NCBI GenBank assembly: GCA_963792585.1
Contig: CAWBWI010000003.1
Location: 1,184,001 to 1,248,000 of the forward strand
Direction of reading: 5' to 3'
Length of the DNA stretch: 64,000 nt
From: Candidatus Eiseniibacteriota bacterium
Lineage (GTDB): Bacteria; Eisenbacteria; RBG-16-71-46; CAIMUX01; VGJL01
The notes under the pieces are model-generated. The model was not told where the DNA came from. It was given only the letters and a program-made list of their open reading frames with translations, and made no database searches. The translations under genes were made by a program, and so were the position numbers. Positions 34,726-43,885 of this stretch are shown one piece after another (positions within the stretch are counted from its first letter, which is position 1; every line of letters starts with the position of its first letter).

Positions 34726-34772
34726 GCGGCCCTTCAGGGATAGGAAACCCGTAGACAGGAGGTATCAGTAGG

Positions 34773-35841
34773 ATGAAGTGGAAGGCCCTTCAGATGCCGG
34801 AGCGGGTCACCGCCGATGAGTCGGTTTCGACGGATCGGTATGGCCGTTTCGTCGTCGAGCCGCTCGAGCGGGGCTTCGGCCTCACTCTCGGCAATGCACT
34901 CCGTCGGGTCCTGCTGTCGTCGCTTCAGGGCGTCGCGGTCACCGCGCTGCGGATCATGGACGAGAAGGTCAGGCATGAATTCGCGACGATCCCGGGCGTG
35001 CTCGAGGACGTCACCGACATCGTCCTGAACCTGAAGCAGATTCGATTCAAGCACCTTGGCGATGGCCCCCGGCGCGGACTCTTCCGCGCGAAGGGGAAGA
35101 CCGAACTCAAGGCGGGAGATCTCGAGATCTCGACCGACATCAAGGTCCTGAACCCCGAGCTCCATATCGCCACCGTCAACCGCGAGGGCGATTTCCAGAT
35201 GGAGGTCGAGGTCACCTCGGGCAAAGGGTATCTCTCGGAAGAGCAGCACAATGCCGTGCTCGACCGCTTCGGCTGGATTCCGGTCGACTCGGTCTTCTCG
35301 CCGGTCACGAAGGTCAACTTCACCGTCGAGAACACGCGGATCGGGCAGCGGATCGACTTCGACAAGCTCGTCATCGACATCTGGACGGACGGTTCCATCA
35401 CCCCGAACGATGGGCTGTCGATGGGCGCGAAAGTGCTCCGGGACCACTTCAATCTCTTCATCCGCTTCGAAGAGAGCGTTCGAGGAAGAGGTCGAGGAGG
35501 TCGTGGACGAGGAATACAACCGGATCAAGGAACTGCTCGAGCGCAGCGTCGACGAGCTGGAGCTGTCGGTGCGCGCGAGCAACTGCCTGCGCGCCGCGCA
35601 GATCCGTACGATCGGCGAGCTGGTCATCAAGTCCGAGCAGGAGATGCTCCAGTACCGGAACTTCGGCAAGAAGTCGCTGAAGGAAATCCAGGATCTCATC
35701 CTGACGATGAACCTGCACTTCGGTATGGACGTCTCGCGGTATTTGGGGACGCCGAAGCCGCGTCCGATCGATGAAGACGAAGAAGACCTCGATGCCGACC
35801 CGGACCACGTGGACATGGAGGAAGAGGAGGCTGATCGCTAG
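34773..35841 (+). CDS. rpoA: RNA polymerase alpha subunit (one apparent frameshift near 35475; acidic tail)
   Basis: EPLERGFGLTLGNALRR, LELSVRASNCL, NFGKKSL. Confidence 0.96.
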
Positions 35842-35885
35842 CCCTGGGGTGTCGAGTCCCTCCGGGTTGAAGTGAGGATTGAATT

Positions 35886-36482
35886 ATGCGACATCATCAT
35901 GACAAGAGGCAGCTGTCCCGCACGGCGGAACATCGCCGCGCACTGCTGCGGGCGCTCGTCACCTCTCTCTTCGAACACGAGCGGATCGAAACGACCGTTG
36001 CGAAGGCCAAGGAAGCTCGGCGCGTGGCGGAGCGGATGATCACGCACGCGAAGAAGAACAGCATCCATTCGCGCCGGCTCGTGGCGCGCGTCGTCCAGAA
36101 CGAGGACGTGGCGAAGAAGTTGTTCGACACGATCGCCCCGTGGTACGCGACGCGTGAAGGCGGATACACGCGGGTCCTGAAGACGCGCCGCCGTCTCGGG
36201 GATGCGGGCGAGATGGCATTGCTCGAGTTGGTGAAGACCGATCAGCAGAAGGAAGCCGACCGCAAGATCCGCGCCGAGAAGGCCGCAGCGGCCGCCGCCG
36301 CGGCGAGCGAGAAGAAGGGCAAGGGTAAGGCGGAGGAGCCCGAGGAGAAGAAGCCCAAGGCCGAGAAGAAGAGCGCCAGCGACCCGAACGTGGCGCGACC
36401 CGAGAAGGGGAAGAAGGGCGGAATCCTCGGACGGTTGAAGAAGAAGAGTGACGCCGAGAAGTCCGGCGATACAGAGAAGTAA
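35886..36482 (+). CDS. rplQ: 50S ribosomal protein L17 with long K/E/A-rich C-tail
   Basis: IETTVAKAKE, GGYTRV, RLGDAG. Confidence 0.96.
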   Translation: MRHHHDKRQLSRTAEHRRALLRALVTSLFEHERIETTVAKAKEARRVAERMITHAKKNSIHSRRLVARVVQNEDVAKKLFDTIAPWYATREGGYTRVLKTRRRLGDAGEMALLELVKTDQQKEADRKIRAEKAAAAAAAASEKKGKGKAEEPEEKKPKAEKKSASDPNVARPEKGKKGGILGRLKKKSDAEKSGDTEK

Positions 36483-36512
36483 GAAGCGCGCCCGCTATGA
36501 TGCGGGCAGATT

Positions 36513-36591
36513 GTCCCAAACCCGGCTGGCCATGAAACGTATCCTTGCCTGTAACTGGCGAGGTTGGCCGGCTGGGTTTCGGGCGTTTTTT
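36513..36591 (+). terminator. Long stem-loop plus T-tract after rplQ
   Basis: GTCCCAAACCCGGCTGGCCA pairs with TGGCCGGCTGGGTTTCGGGC, then GTTTTTT. Confidence 0.55.
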
Positions 36592-37815
36592 GTGGTGGCC
36601 GCCGTCCTGATCGGAATCGGCGGAGGAGCCGCGTCCGGGGGGGGCTCCAAGGGAACCGCTCCGGCCGCTGGATTCGCTTCGGCCGCGGCAATCGCCCCTT
36701 CTGCGGGGATCCCCGAGCGGTCAGCGACGTCGCTCCGGCCGTCGGGCGGCGAACGGCGCGTCTACCTCTGGGTCGTCCGGGGGGCCCTCGAGGACAGCGT
36801 GCGATTCGGTGTGATCGCCGATTCCGCGAGCGCCGTCGGCTGCACCGATCTGATCGTTCAGGTCCGCGGGCGCGGCGACGCCTGGTACCGATCTGCGACC
36901 GAGCCGGCGCCGATCGCCCTCGAAGCGCCCCCGTCCCGCGGGAGGCTGCTCGGTGCGCGTCCGTCGGAGGACTGCCTTCGTTTCGACGCGTTCGCCGCGG
37001 CGCTGCGGGCCGCCCACGCGCGCGGGCTTCGCGTGCACGCCTGGATGAACGTCTTCCTCGTCGCGGGTCGCCTGAAGCCTGGCCCCGCGCACGTCCTCCA
37101 GCGTGAACCGGGTTGGCAGATCGCGCTCAAGGACGGGCGCACGATCAGCCGTGTGCGTGAATCGGAGTGGAAACGGATCGGCGTCGAAGGAGTCTACTTG
37201 AGCCCCGGGAATCGGGCCGTCCGTCCGTATCTCGAATCCCTCGTCACGGAACTCGTCACGCGGTACACGATCGATGGCCTCCACTTCGACTACATACGCT
37301 ATCCCCACGCGGATGCCGGATATGATCCGGCGAGCCTCGCTTCGTTTCACGACGCCTATCCCGGGGCGCCCGCCAAAGGGGATCTCTGGAACGACTGGCG
37401 GCAGGAGCAGGTATCGCGGACGGTGGAGGCGATGTCACGCGCGGCCCGCGCCGTGCGGCCGGGGATCGATGTCTCCGCGGCGGTCCTGCCGGATCCGCTC
37501 GATGCGCGTCGTAGTTGCCAGCAAGATTGGCCGCGCTGGCTCCGAGAGGGATGGATCGACCGCGCGATCACGATGTCCTACACGGCCTCGGCCGACCGCT
37601 TCGGCTTCTGGCTGCGCGTAGGGCTTGGGGAAGTCGGCGATCCGCTGTGCATCGTTCCCGGGATCGGACTCCACAGGATCAATGAGAGCGTGCTCGCTTC
37701 GATGCTCGAGCGGGTCGGATCCGAACCGAGGCGATCGGTGGCGCTCTACTCCGATACCGAGTTCATGGAACTGGGAGGCTTGCGGCGCGGCCTGCGGGCG
37801 TGGGGGAGTAAGTGA
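36532..37815 (+). CDS. GHL10 / DigH(YddW)-like glycoside hydrolase, secreted (start uncertain)
   Basis: VQVRGRGDAWY, AHARGLRVHAW, YTIDGLHFDYIRYP, QDWPRW. Confidence 0.85.
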   Translation: MKRILACNWRGWPAGFRAFFVVAAVLIGIGGGAASGGGSKGTAPAAGFASAAAIAPSAGIPERSATSLRPSGGERRVYLWVVRGALEDSVRFGVIADSASAVGCTDLIVQVRGRGDAWYRSATEPAPIALEAPPSRGRLLGARPSEDCLRFDAFAAALRAAHARGLRVHAWMNVFLVAGRLKPGPAHVLQREPGWQIALKDGRTISRVRESEWKRIGVEGVYLSPGNRAVRPYLESLVTELVTRYTIDGLHFDYIRYPHADAGYDPASLASFHDAYPGAPAKGDLWNDWRQEQVSRTVEAMSRAARAVRPGIDVSAAVLPDPLDARRSCQQDWPRWLREGWIDRAITMSYTASADRFGFWLRVGLGEVGDPLCIVPGIGLHRINESVLASMLERVGSEPRRSVALYSDTEFMELGGLRRGLRAWGSK

Positions 37816-38576
37816 TGTTCGAGAACGAGGACCACCTGGCGCCGCTCACCAACGAGTTGCTCCGCCTGGCATATCGAGGTCTCGACCTGCCCGATGCGCC
37901 GCGCGTGGCGGATCTGTGTTGCGGGACGGGGTCGGCCAGCCGATTCTTCGCCGCCGAGTTTGGGGCCGTCTGCACCGGCGTCGACCAGAGCGAGCCGCTC
38001 CTGCGGATCGCCCGCGAGCGGGCGCTGGGCGGTGGCCTGCAAGGGCAGGTCGAATTCGTCCAGGCCGACGCGCGCCACGTGCAGCTTCAAAGCCACGGCT
38101 TCGATCTGGTCCTTGCGATGGGCGGGGCGCTCACGTACTTGGGCCGGTCCGAGGGGCTCGAGCGAATCCGTCTGCTCCTGAAACCCGGAGGAGCGTTACT
38201 CCTCTCCGACTTGATCTACCTCGATTCCCCCGTACCCGAGATCGTCGCGAAGGTGATCGAGGAGGAAGCCCCCGGCAACGAAGTCCGCGCGCTGCCGCTC
38301 GAGCCGGCGGTCCGCGCGGTGTTCGAGGAAGGCATCTTCCGCTTCGAGAATGAGACGAGCTACCGGGCGTTACTGGATCACCAGGGCTACGACGTGCAAT
38401 TTACCTTTCCCGTACCCGAAAGCGCGTGGAACGCGTACTACGCCCGCGCCGCCGCCTCTCGAGATCCGGCTGCAGGACTGCGCATCCCGGTCGGGGCCGA
38501 TGAACTCGCCGCAATCTACTGCTGGGGAGGACGCTGGGGGTTGGGGTACCTCGTCTGCGGGGCGAAGACGCGTTAG
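37815..38576 (+). CDS. Class I SAM-dependent methyltransferase
   Basis: VADLCCGTG motif I, GVD, FDLV, LKPGG. Confidence 0.85.
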   Translation: MFENEDHLAPLTNELLRLAYRGLDLPDAPRVADLCCGTGSASRFFAAEFGAVCTGVDQSEPLLRIARERALGGGLQGQVEFVQADARHVQLQSHGFDLVLAMGGALTYLGRSEGLERIRLLLKPGGALLLSDLIYLDSPVPEIVAKVIEEEAPGNEVRALPLEPAVRAVFEEGIFRFENETSYRALLDHQGYDVQFTFPVPESAWNAYYARAAASRDPAAGLRIPVGADELAAIYCWGGRWGLGYLVCGAKTR

Positions 38577-39091
38577 CAGGGCGCGTCGGAGTCTCCGTCC
38601 GCGGCGGCCACGCGTTTGCCGTCCCCGGACCGCAGGGGGGCGCGCACGGCCGCGAGAACGCGGATCAACTCCTCCAGTCCCTCCGTCTGCACTCCCCGCA
38701 TCAGGTGGACGACCAGGCGATCGATCTCTCCATTCATCTTGGTCAACAGTTCGAGTCCCGCTTCGGTGACGAAGCCTCGCACGACGCGCCGATCGTGCGT
38801 GCAGCGTTCCCGGCGGATCCAGCCGTTGGTTTCGAGGCGATCCGTGAGACGCGTGACGTTCGGATAGCGCACGATCATCCTGCGGGCGATCGTCATGAGC
38901 GGCAATCCCTGCTCGCGGGCGCCGCGGAGAATACGCAGAACGTTGTATTGCGCGAGCGAGAGTTCGTAACGCCGGAGCATCTTGTGCAGGTGGCGGTGGA
39001 GGAGGTCCTGGGTCACGAAGACCGAGAGCAATGCCTCCTCCTGCACGGAGGAGAAGGGACGACGTTGATGGAGTTCGTCGGCAAGCGACAT
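38573..39091 (-). CDS. MarR-family transcriptional regulator
   Basis: LSLAQYNVLRILRGA, VTRLTDRLE..GWI.R, DRRVV. Confidence 0.9.
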   Translation of the reverse strand: MSLADELHQRRPFSSVQEEALLSVFVTQDLLHRHLHKMLRRYELSLAQYNVLRILRGAREQGLPLMTIARRMIVRYPNVTRLTDRLETNGWIRRERCTHDRRVVRGFVTEAGLELLTKMNGEIDRLVVHLMRGVQTEGLEELIRVLAAVRAPLRSGDGKRVAAADGDSDAPC

Positions 39092-39211
39092 CGCGAGAAC
39101 GGCCTCCCAGCTCGGTTCAGTGTTGGGACCGTGGGTCCAAGGGGCACCTCCGAGGGTAGGGGAACCGGCGGGCGAAGGTCAAATGGCGGGGCGCGCGAAG
39201 CGCGTCGGCGG

Positions 39212-39240
39212 TTGGCAGATCTATCGTGAATCCCTATACT
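39212..39240 (+). promoter_or_regulatory. sigma70-type promoter of moaA
   Basis: TTGGCA-17nt-TATACT; GGAGGGAG SD downstream. Confidence 0.6.
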
Positions 39241-39262
39241 GCCCCGTTACCCGGAGGGAGCG

Positions 39263-40234
39263 ATGATGCTGCAGGACTCCTACGGCCGCACGATAGACCA
39301 CATGCGCATCTCCGTCACCGATCGATGTGGATTGCGGTGCCGTTACTGCATGCCCGACGGTGAGCCGGAACACGCCATTCGTGAAGAGATTCTCACATTC
39401 GAGGAGATTGCGACCGTCGTCCAGAGGCTCCACGACCGTTTCGGATTGAAGCGCGTGCGGTTGACGGGAGGGGAGCCGCTCGTCCGGGCGCACCTCCATG
39501 TGCTGGTCGGCCTGCTGCACCAGATCGGGCTCGAGGAGATCTCCCTGACCACGAACGGGCAGCAGCTCGCCCGCTCGATCGATGCCCTCGTCGCCGCCGG
39601 GCTTCATAGACTCAACATCAGTCTCGACAGTCTCGATCCGGATCGATACCGGCAGATCACCGGCGGCGATCTAGCGCCCACGTTGGAGGGAATCGAGGCG
39701 GCCGATCGTTCGGGTCTGCGACCTCTCAAGATCAACAGCGTGATCATCCGGGGCAACGAGTGCGACATCGAAGACCTGACGGTCTGGTCGATGCGGCGCG
39801 GCTACGAGATCCGATTCCTGGAGCTGATGTCGATCGGCTGCGTGCAGAACTACTACGACGTGATGTTCGTACCGACCTCGGAGGTGCGAGAGCGACTCGC
39901 GCGTCGGTTCAAGCTCGAGCCGCTCGAGGGCGAGCCCGGCGCGCCTGCCCGCACCTGGCGCGCGAGCGGAGAAGGGCTCGAAGGTACGATCGGCTTCATC
40001 TCCCCCGAGACCGAGCCCTTCTGCACCTCCTGCCGCCGGCTGCGCATGACGGCGAAGGGGACCCTCCTGGGCTGCATCATGCACAGCGACGGTCCGGACC
40101 TTCGCGCCGCCCTGCGCGCGGAAGGCGGTCTCGACGAGGTTGCCTTCGATGCCGCGGTTCTCACCGCCGTCGGCAGCAAGCCGATCGTGAGGATTCTCAA
40201 GAGCGGCGGTCACATGATGGCCATCGGAGGCTGA
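39263..40234 (+). CDS. moaA: GTP 3',8-cyclase MoaA
   Basis: RISVTDRCGLRCRYCMP, LTGGEPL, FCTSCRRLR..C, C-terminal IGG. Confidence 0.94.
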   Translation: MMLQDSYGRTIDHMRISVTDRCGLRCRYCMPDGEPEHAIREEILTFEEIATVVQRLHDRFGLKRVRLTGGEPLVRAHLHVLVGLLHQIGLEEISLTTNGQQLARSIDALVAAGLHRLNISLDSLDPDRYRQITGGDLAPTLEGIEAADRSGLRPLKINSVIIRGNECDIEDLTVWSMRRGYEIRFLELMSIGCVQNYYDVMFVPTSEVRERLARRFKLEPLEGEPGAPARTWRASGEGLEGTIGFISPETEPFCTSCRRLRMTAKGTLLGCIMHSDGPDLRAALRAEGGLDEVAFDAAVLTAVGSKPIVRILKSGGHMMAIGG

Positions 40235-40239
40235 AGCGG

Positions 40240-40410
40240 GAGGAGGGGGACCGCTCTTCGCCGGCGGCGATCCCCCCATGCGGGCGCTTGGCATCTGCAG
40301 CGTGGAGAGGCGAGGCAATCTCGGTGCGGCGGGTTCCCATCGCGACCCCGTGACTCCCGGACCGGCCCGAAACTCCGACCGATCCACCCGCCGCCACCGC
40401 GATTTCTCAC
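40240..40410 (-). ncRNA. Candidate sigma54-dependent structured small RNA
   Basis: Downstream of -24/-12 promoter; three helices, with G-U pairs that work only on the minus strand; no credible ORF. Confidence 0.4.
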
Positions 40411-40420
40411 CCTCCCATAG

Positions 40421-40437
40421 AGCAATCAGCGTGCCGA
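40421..40437 (-). promoter_or_regulatory. sigma54 (-24/-12) promoter
   Basis: Minus strand TCGGCACGCTGATTGCT = GG-N10-GC, near consensus TGGCACGN4TTGC. Confidence 0.7.
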
Positions 40438-40461
40438 CCAAGGTCATTTTTGTGTATCCTG

Positions 40462-40486
40462 TAACTGAATGTGAATCAATAAGTTA
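40462..40486. promoter_or_regulatory. IHF binding site in AT-rich patch
   Basis: AATCAATAAGTTA matches WATCAANNNNTTR, within TAACT-N15-AGTTA. Confidence 0.6.
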
Positions 40487-40605
40487 GAATCCACGCTAAG
40501 ACAAATTGCAAACGGTCCTCCACAAGTGTGATCCCTCGGGTGTCGGCGCGCTGGATCCGGCGGTTCCATCTTGGCGGACTGCCCTCGCCGCGCTACGTTA
40601 CGCAC

Positions 40606-41532
40606 GTGACGCAGGACGATCTTCAGCTCCTGGTTGTGCGGACGACGGCGGTGGCCTCCGAGGCCCTGGAAGTGCTTCTCGAGGAGCGAGGCGCGCTCGG
40701 GTCGGCCGTCGAGAGGCGGCGTGGAGCCCGCCTCGTGCGGCTCCAGGCCTACTTCCCGCCGGAAGTCGAACCTCCGGTCGATTGGGTGCGCGACAAACTT
40801 GCCGAGATGCACGCCTACGGCGTCCCCGTGGGGCCCGCCGAGGTCCGGGTCATGCCCCTGCGCACCGAGGACTGGGCCGAGTCCTGGAAGCGTCATTTCC
40901 ACGCCTTCCGCGCCACGGGCCGGCTCTGGGTCGTGCCGACCTGGGAAACGGTCCCGGACGAAGCCCGGGAGGTCATCCGGATGGATCCTGGGATGGCCTT
41001 CGGGCAAGGAGATCACCCGACCACGCGTGGATGTCTCGAGATGATCGAGCGGATCGCCGTCGAGTCGCCGGCTCCGGGAGCCGGCGAGTTTGCGACGGCG
41101 GATGTGGGGAGCGGGACGGGGATCCTCGCGATTCGGGCGGTGCAACTCGGCCTGGGGCCCGTAGAGGCCTTCGACACGGAAGCCGAGGCCGTGCGCGCGG
41201 CTCAGGAGAACGCGGCGACCAATGAGGTGGAGGCAGGTCTCGTCTTGCGCCAAGGGACCATGCCACCTCGGGGGAGCGGACCGTACGAACGGATCCTGGC
41301 GAACATATTCTTTGGTCCCCTGACGGCGCTGATTCCGCGATTCGCACGGGCACTGAGCCCTGGAGGAGAGCTGGTCCTGGCGGGCATCTTGGTGGAGCAG
41401 GAGGAGCGTCTCACCGGGACTGCGCGGGAGCGCGGCTTTGCGGTCATCGATCGAATCTGCGAGCGCGGTCAGCCCGGGGCGCGTCGTTGGCCGGTTCTGC
41501 GGCTGCGAAAAGAAGGGGAGCGACGGGGTTGA
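40606..41532 (+). CDS. prmA: Ribosomal protein L11 methyltransferase PrmA
   Basis: EDWAESWK, MDPGMAFGQGDHPTT, DVGSGTGIL, ILANI. Confidence 0.9.
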   Translation: MTQDDLQLLVVRTTAVASEALEVLLEERGALGSAVERRRGARLVRLQAYFPPEVEPPVDWVRDKLAEMHAYGVPVGPAEVRVMPLRTEDWAESWKRHFHAFRATGRLWVVPTWETVPDEAREVIRMDPGMAFGQGDHPTTRGCLEMIERIAVESPAPGAGEFATADVGSGTGILAIRAVQLGLGPVEAFDTEAEAVRAAQENAATNEVEAGLVLRQGTMPPRGSGPYERILANIFFGPLTALIPRFARALSPGGELVLAGILVEQEERLTGTARERGFAVIDRICERGQPGARRWPVLRLRKEGERRG

Positions 41533-41558
41533 CCCCGGCCGCCATCCTCGGGTAATTT
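41529..41558 (+). promoter_or_regulatory. sigma70-type promoter of tRNA-Asn
   Basis: TTGACC-18nt-TAATTT. Confidence 0.45.
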
Positions 41559-41622
41559 CAGCATTCGAGCGGTCGATCGCGGCAAACGTTTGCCGGTCGC
41601 GTTTCGAATCGCCACGGTTCAT

Positions 41623-41697
41623 TCCTCGGTAGCTCAATGGTAGAGCAACCGGCTGTTAACCGGTTTGTTGTAGGTTCGAGTCCTACTCGGGGAGCCA
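41623..41697 (+). tRNA. tRNA-Asn(GUU)
   Basis: Anticodon loop CTGTTAA; GGTTCGAGTCC; discriminator G; encoded CCA. Confidence 0.96.
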
Positions 41698-41702
41698 CTC
41701 CA

Positions 41703-41737
41703 GGAGCCCCTGCATCTCGTCCAGGTGCAGGGGCTTC
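41703..41737 (+). terminator. GC-rich hairpin after tRNA-Asn
   Basis: GGAGCCCCTGCATCT / AGGTGCAGGGGCTTC. Confidence 0.6.
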
Positions 41738-41839
41738 CTCGTTCGAGCGACTGTGACGCCGGAGATGTTGCCGGACCTCACGTCTGTGGAATGCGGCCGT
41801 AAGCTTCAAGATCGCTTCACGTTCGAGTCTTCGGTACCC

Positions 41840-41950
41840 ACCGGCGGCCGACGCCCTGCGCGCAACCTGGATGCTGCTGATTACAAACGCGTTGTGCTGG
41901 AGCTGATCCTCAAGTACGTCTCCGTTGCGTTCGAGGAGCAGCACGCCCTC
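41840..41950 (+). pseudogene. hsdM: Relic of type I restriction-modification HsdM N-terminal domain
   Basis: AADAL(R)/NLDAADYKRVVLELI-LKYVSVAFEEQH resembles the HsdM_N consensus [33 protein letters not shown]; truncated. Confidence 0.7.
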
Positions 41951-42060
41951 CGGCCCGCGATCGGTTGTTTCCCGAGATTCGCGTGAGGGACTCGCACCCC
42001 GAACGGCGCGTGATATGGCGAAGGCGGGCTTCAGTCGTCCCGGTCCACTAGGAGGCAGGT

Positions 42061-42894
42061 ATGACAGACCGCATCAGATCCTCCCGCCGTCTCATCATCA
42101 TCGGCGCCGCCTTGTTGGCCGCAGCCGCCGTTGCCCTGGTCCTGGGGGTGGCCCCACCGTTCAGGTTCGATGCTTTCCCCGGGGTCGACCCAATTAAGGC
42201 CTCGCGAACGAGCGAGATCCAGGCCGGGATCGCCGTCCTCCTGGCCCTCGCACTGGCGATCGTGGCTGCCCGGGCGCCCGCCCGCCCTCGTGCCTCGATC
42301 GGCATTCTATTCGTGATCGGCGCCCTGGTGTTCCTGCTGGGGATTCCCCTGGCGGGCATCGCCCCCGCGCTCCTCGTCCACGGCCCTCACCTGCGCACGG
42401 CGATCTTCATCATGTTTCTATGCGGCATCGCGCATTTCGCCGCCGCCGGGCTGGTGGTTGCAGCGGCGTCTCGCCTTCCGGGACCAGCCATGTCGGAGGA
42501 CACGAGTGCGTGGAAAGTGAGGATTGCCCCAGCCGCCTTGTTCGGAATTGGCTCGTTCTTCTTGACGTTCCTCTTGGGGGGAGTGAGGTTCGCCGCCAAC
42601 GACACGGTAGCAAGACTCGTCGGTGGGCTCGTCCTCGTCGTTTTCGCGGGCGGATACTCCCTGCTCGTGACCTATGTGCTCTTGCGTGGCCTGCCCCGGG
42701 CGCGCCGAAATCACTGGATCGTCCTCGCCGTAAACGCCGTGCTTCTGCTCACCGCACCCATCGTTCTGATCTCCGAACAGAACGACAAGTCAGCGGGGCC
42801 GCAAGCGCTGGGAATCGCGATCATCTCGGTCGCGTGTTCGTACGGCGGCCTTGCGCTGGCAGCCCGTGCCATCAGGCGTCACGAGACGAGTTGA
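42061..42894 (+). CDS. Hypothetical multi-pass membrane protein
   Basis: AGGAGG SD; about 8 hydrophobic segments. Confidence 0.75.
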   Translation: MTDRIRSSRRLIIIGAALLAAAAVALVLGVAPPFRFDAFPGVDPIKASRTSEIQAGIAVLLALALAIVAARAPARPRASIGILFVIGALVFLLGIPLAGIAPALLVHGPHLRTAIFIMFLCGIAHFAAAGLVVAAASRLPGPAMSEDTSAWKVRIAPAALFGIGSFFLTFLLGGVRFAANDTVARLVGGLVLVVFAGGYSLLVTYVLLRGLPRARRNHWIVLAVNAVLLLTAPIVLISEQNDKSAGPQALGIAIISVACSYGGLALAARAIRRHETS

Positions 42895-43090
42895 TGTCGG
42901 CGGGGCTCAGTTCAGGTCAAGGCCACGGCGGGAGAATGAGCCGTACCGGGATTCCCGGAGGCTCCGCCTCCTGAGGCCGGGGCAGCGGGAAGATCAGCAG
43001 GTACTCACCGAAGGTCCGGGAACTGGCCGTGGCTGCCCACCTTCTCCCCGGAGTTCAGGCTGCGGCCAGCGCGGCCGCGAAGGCCAGCGC

Positions 43091-43120
43091 GGTTCGAGCA
43101 ATTTCCTGTCTGGGGAGCCA
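43091..43120 (+). repeat. Degenerate tRNA-Asn 3'-end copy (attR-like)
   Basis: GGTTCGAG-caatt-TCCTGTCTGGGGAGCCA versus tRNA GGTTCGAG-TCCTACTCGGGGAGCCA. Confidence 0.55.
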
Positions 43121-43159
43121 TCTAAAGACCGCGGACTATCCGCGGCGTTCCTGTTAGCA

Positions 43160-43194
43160 GAGAACCCCGAGACCGAGAGGTCCCGGGGTTTCTC
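43160..43194. terminator. Stem-loop between convergent genes
   Basis: GAGAACCCCGAGACC-GAGA-GGTCCCGGGGTTTCTC. Confidence 0.55.
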
Positions 43195-43253
43195 AATGAA
43201 GAGCCGTGGGCGAGTGAGTCTGCGCCGGCCGGACCGAGTGTGCAGCGGGACGC

Positions 43254-43682
43254 TCACTTCTCTGGAACGACATCCCACGGTCCCGTCGCCTCAATGAACA
43301 TCACACAAGGTTCGTCGCCCTCGACCTTCGCCACGTGCGGCATCTTGTCGGTTAACGCAAAGTAGGAACCCGGCGTCAGGCGGTGCTCCTTGCCGTCCAC
43401 GGTAAGCAGCAACGTGCCCGACACGGTCGTCACATAGTGATCTGGAGAATGATGATGAGGCGGTGTGACCAGCCCGGCCGCGTATTTCAAGTAGAATCGG
43501 CTCGGCCCCTTGGCCATGTCGCCGTCGACGACGACGGCGCTGACGCCGGGGATGCCGGTATCCTTCCACTGCAGTTCGGCGTTGGCCGTGACAACGCCCT
43601 TGCCTTTCGCGAACCCCACGGTCACCGCGGCCAAGGCCAGCGCGAGGCACATCGCGCCAGTCCACACGTGCTTCCGTATCAT
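43254..43682 (-). CDS. Secreted cupin-domain protein (DUF4437-like)
   Basis: Signal peptide; PPHHHSPD..VSG, LTPGSYF...MPHVA cupin motifs. Confidence 0.8.
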   Translation of the reverse strand: MIRKHVWTGAMCLALALAAVTVGFAKGKGVVTANAELQWKDTGIPGVSAVVVDGDMAKGPSRFYLKYAAGLVTPPHHHSPDHYVTTVSGTLLLTVDGKEHRLTPGSYFALTDKMPHVAKVEGDEPCVMFIEATGPWDVVPEK

Positions 43683-43750
43683 CGCGTTCCCTCCTTCAGT
43701 ACGGATTCTATCTTCACTCCGGGATTGCGTTCCCGGTTCGATCGTGCAAC

Positions 43751-43770
43751 CCTACCATCTAGTAGGTAGG
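43751..43770. promoter_or_regulatory. Palindromic TetR-type operator
   Basis: CCTACC-ATCTAGTA-GGTAGG within minus-strand TTGCGC-17-TAGGGT promoter, between divergent cupin and tetR. Confidence 0.6.
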
Positions 43771-43885
43771 CGCGCAAGCAATGAATGGCCCCTTCTCCCG
43801 CCGGATCCTTAGCCGGTTACCGGGCTTCGAGACACGGTGGCGGGGCGCCTGATTGGACGCGTCTGGACACCCAAGGAGGTCTTCC

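Noticed and set aside
39092..39262. Moco riboswitch upstream of moaA
   Set aside because: The predicted promoter leaves only about 15 nt of leader
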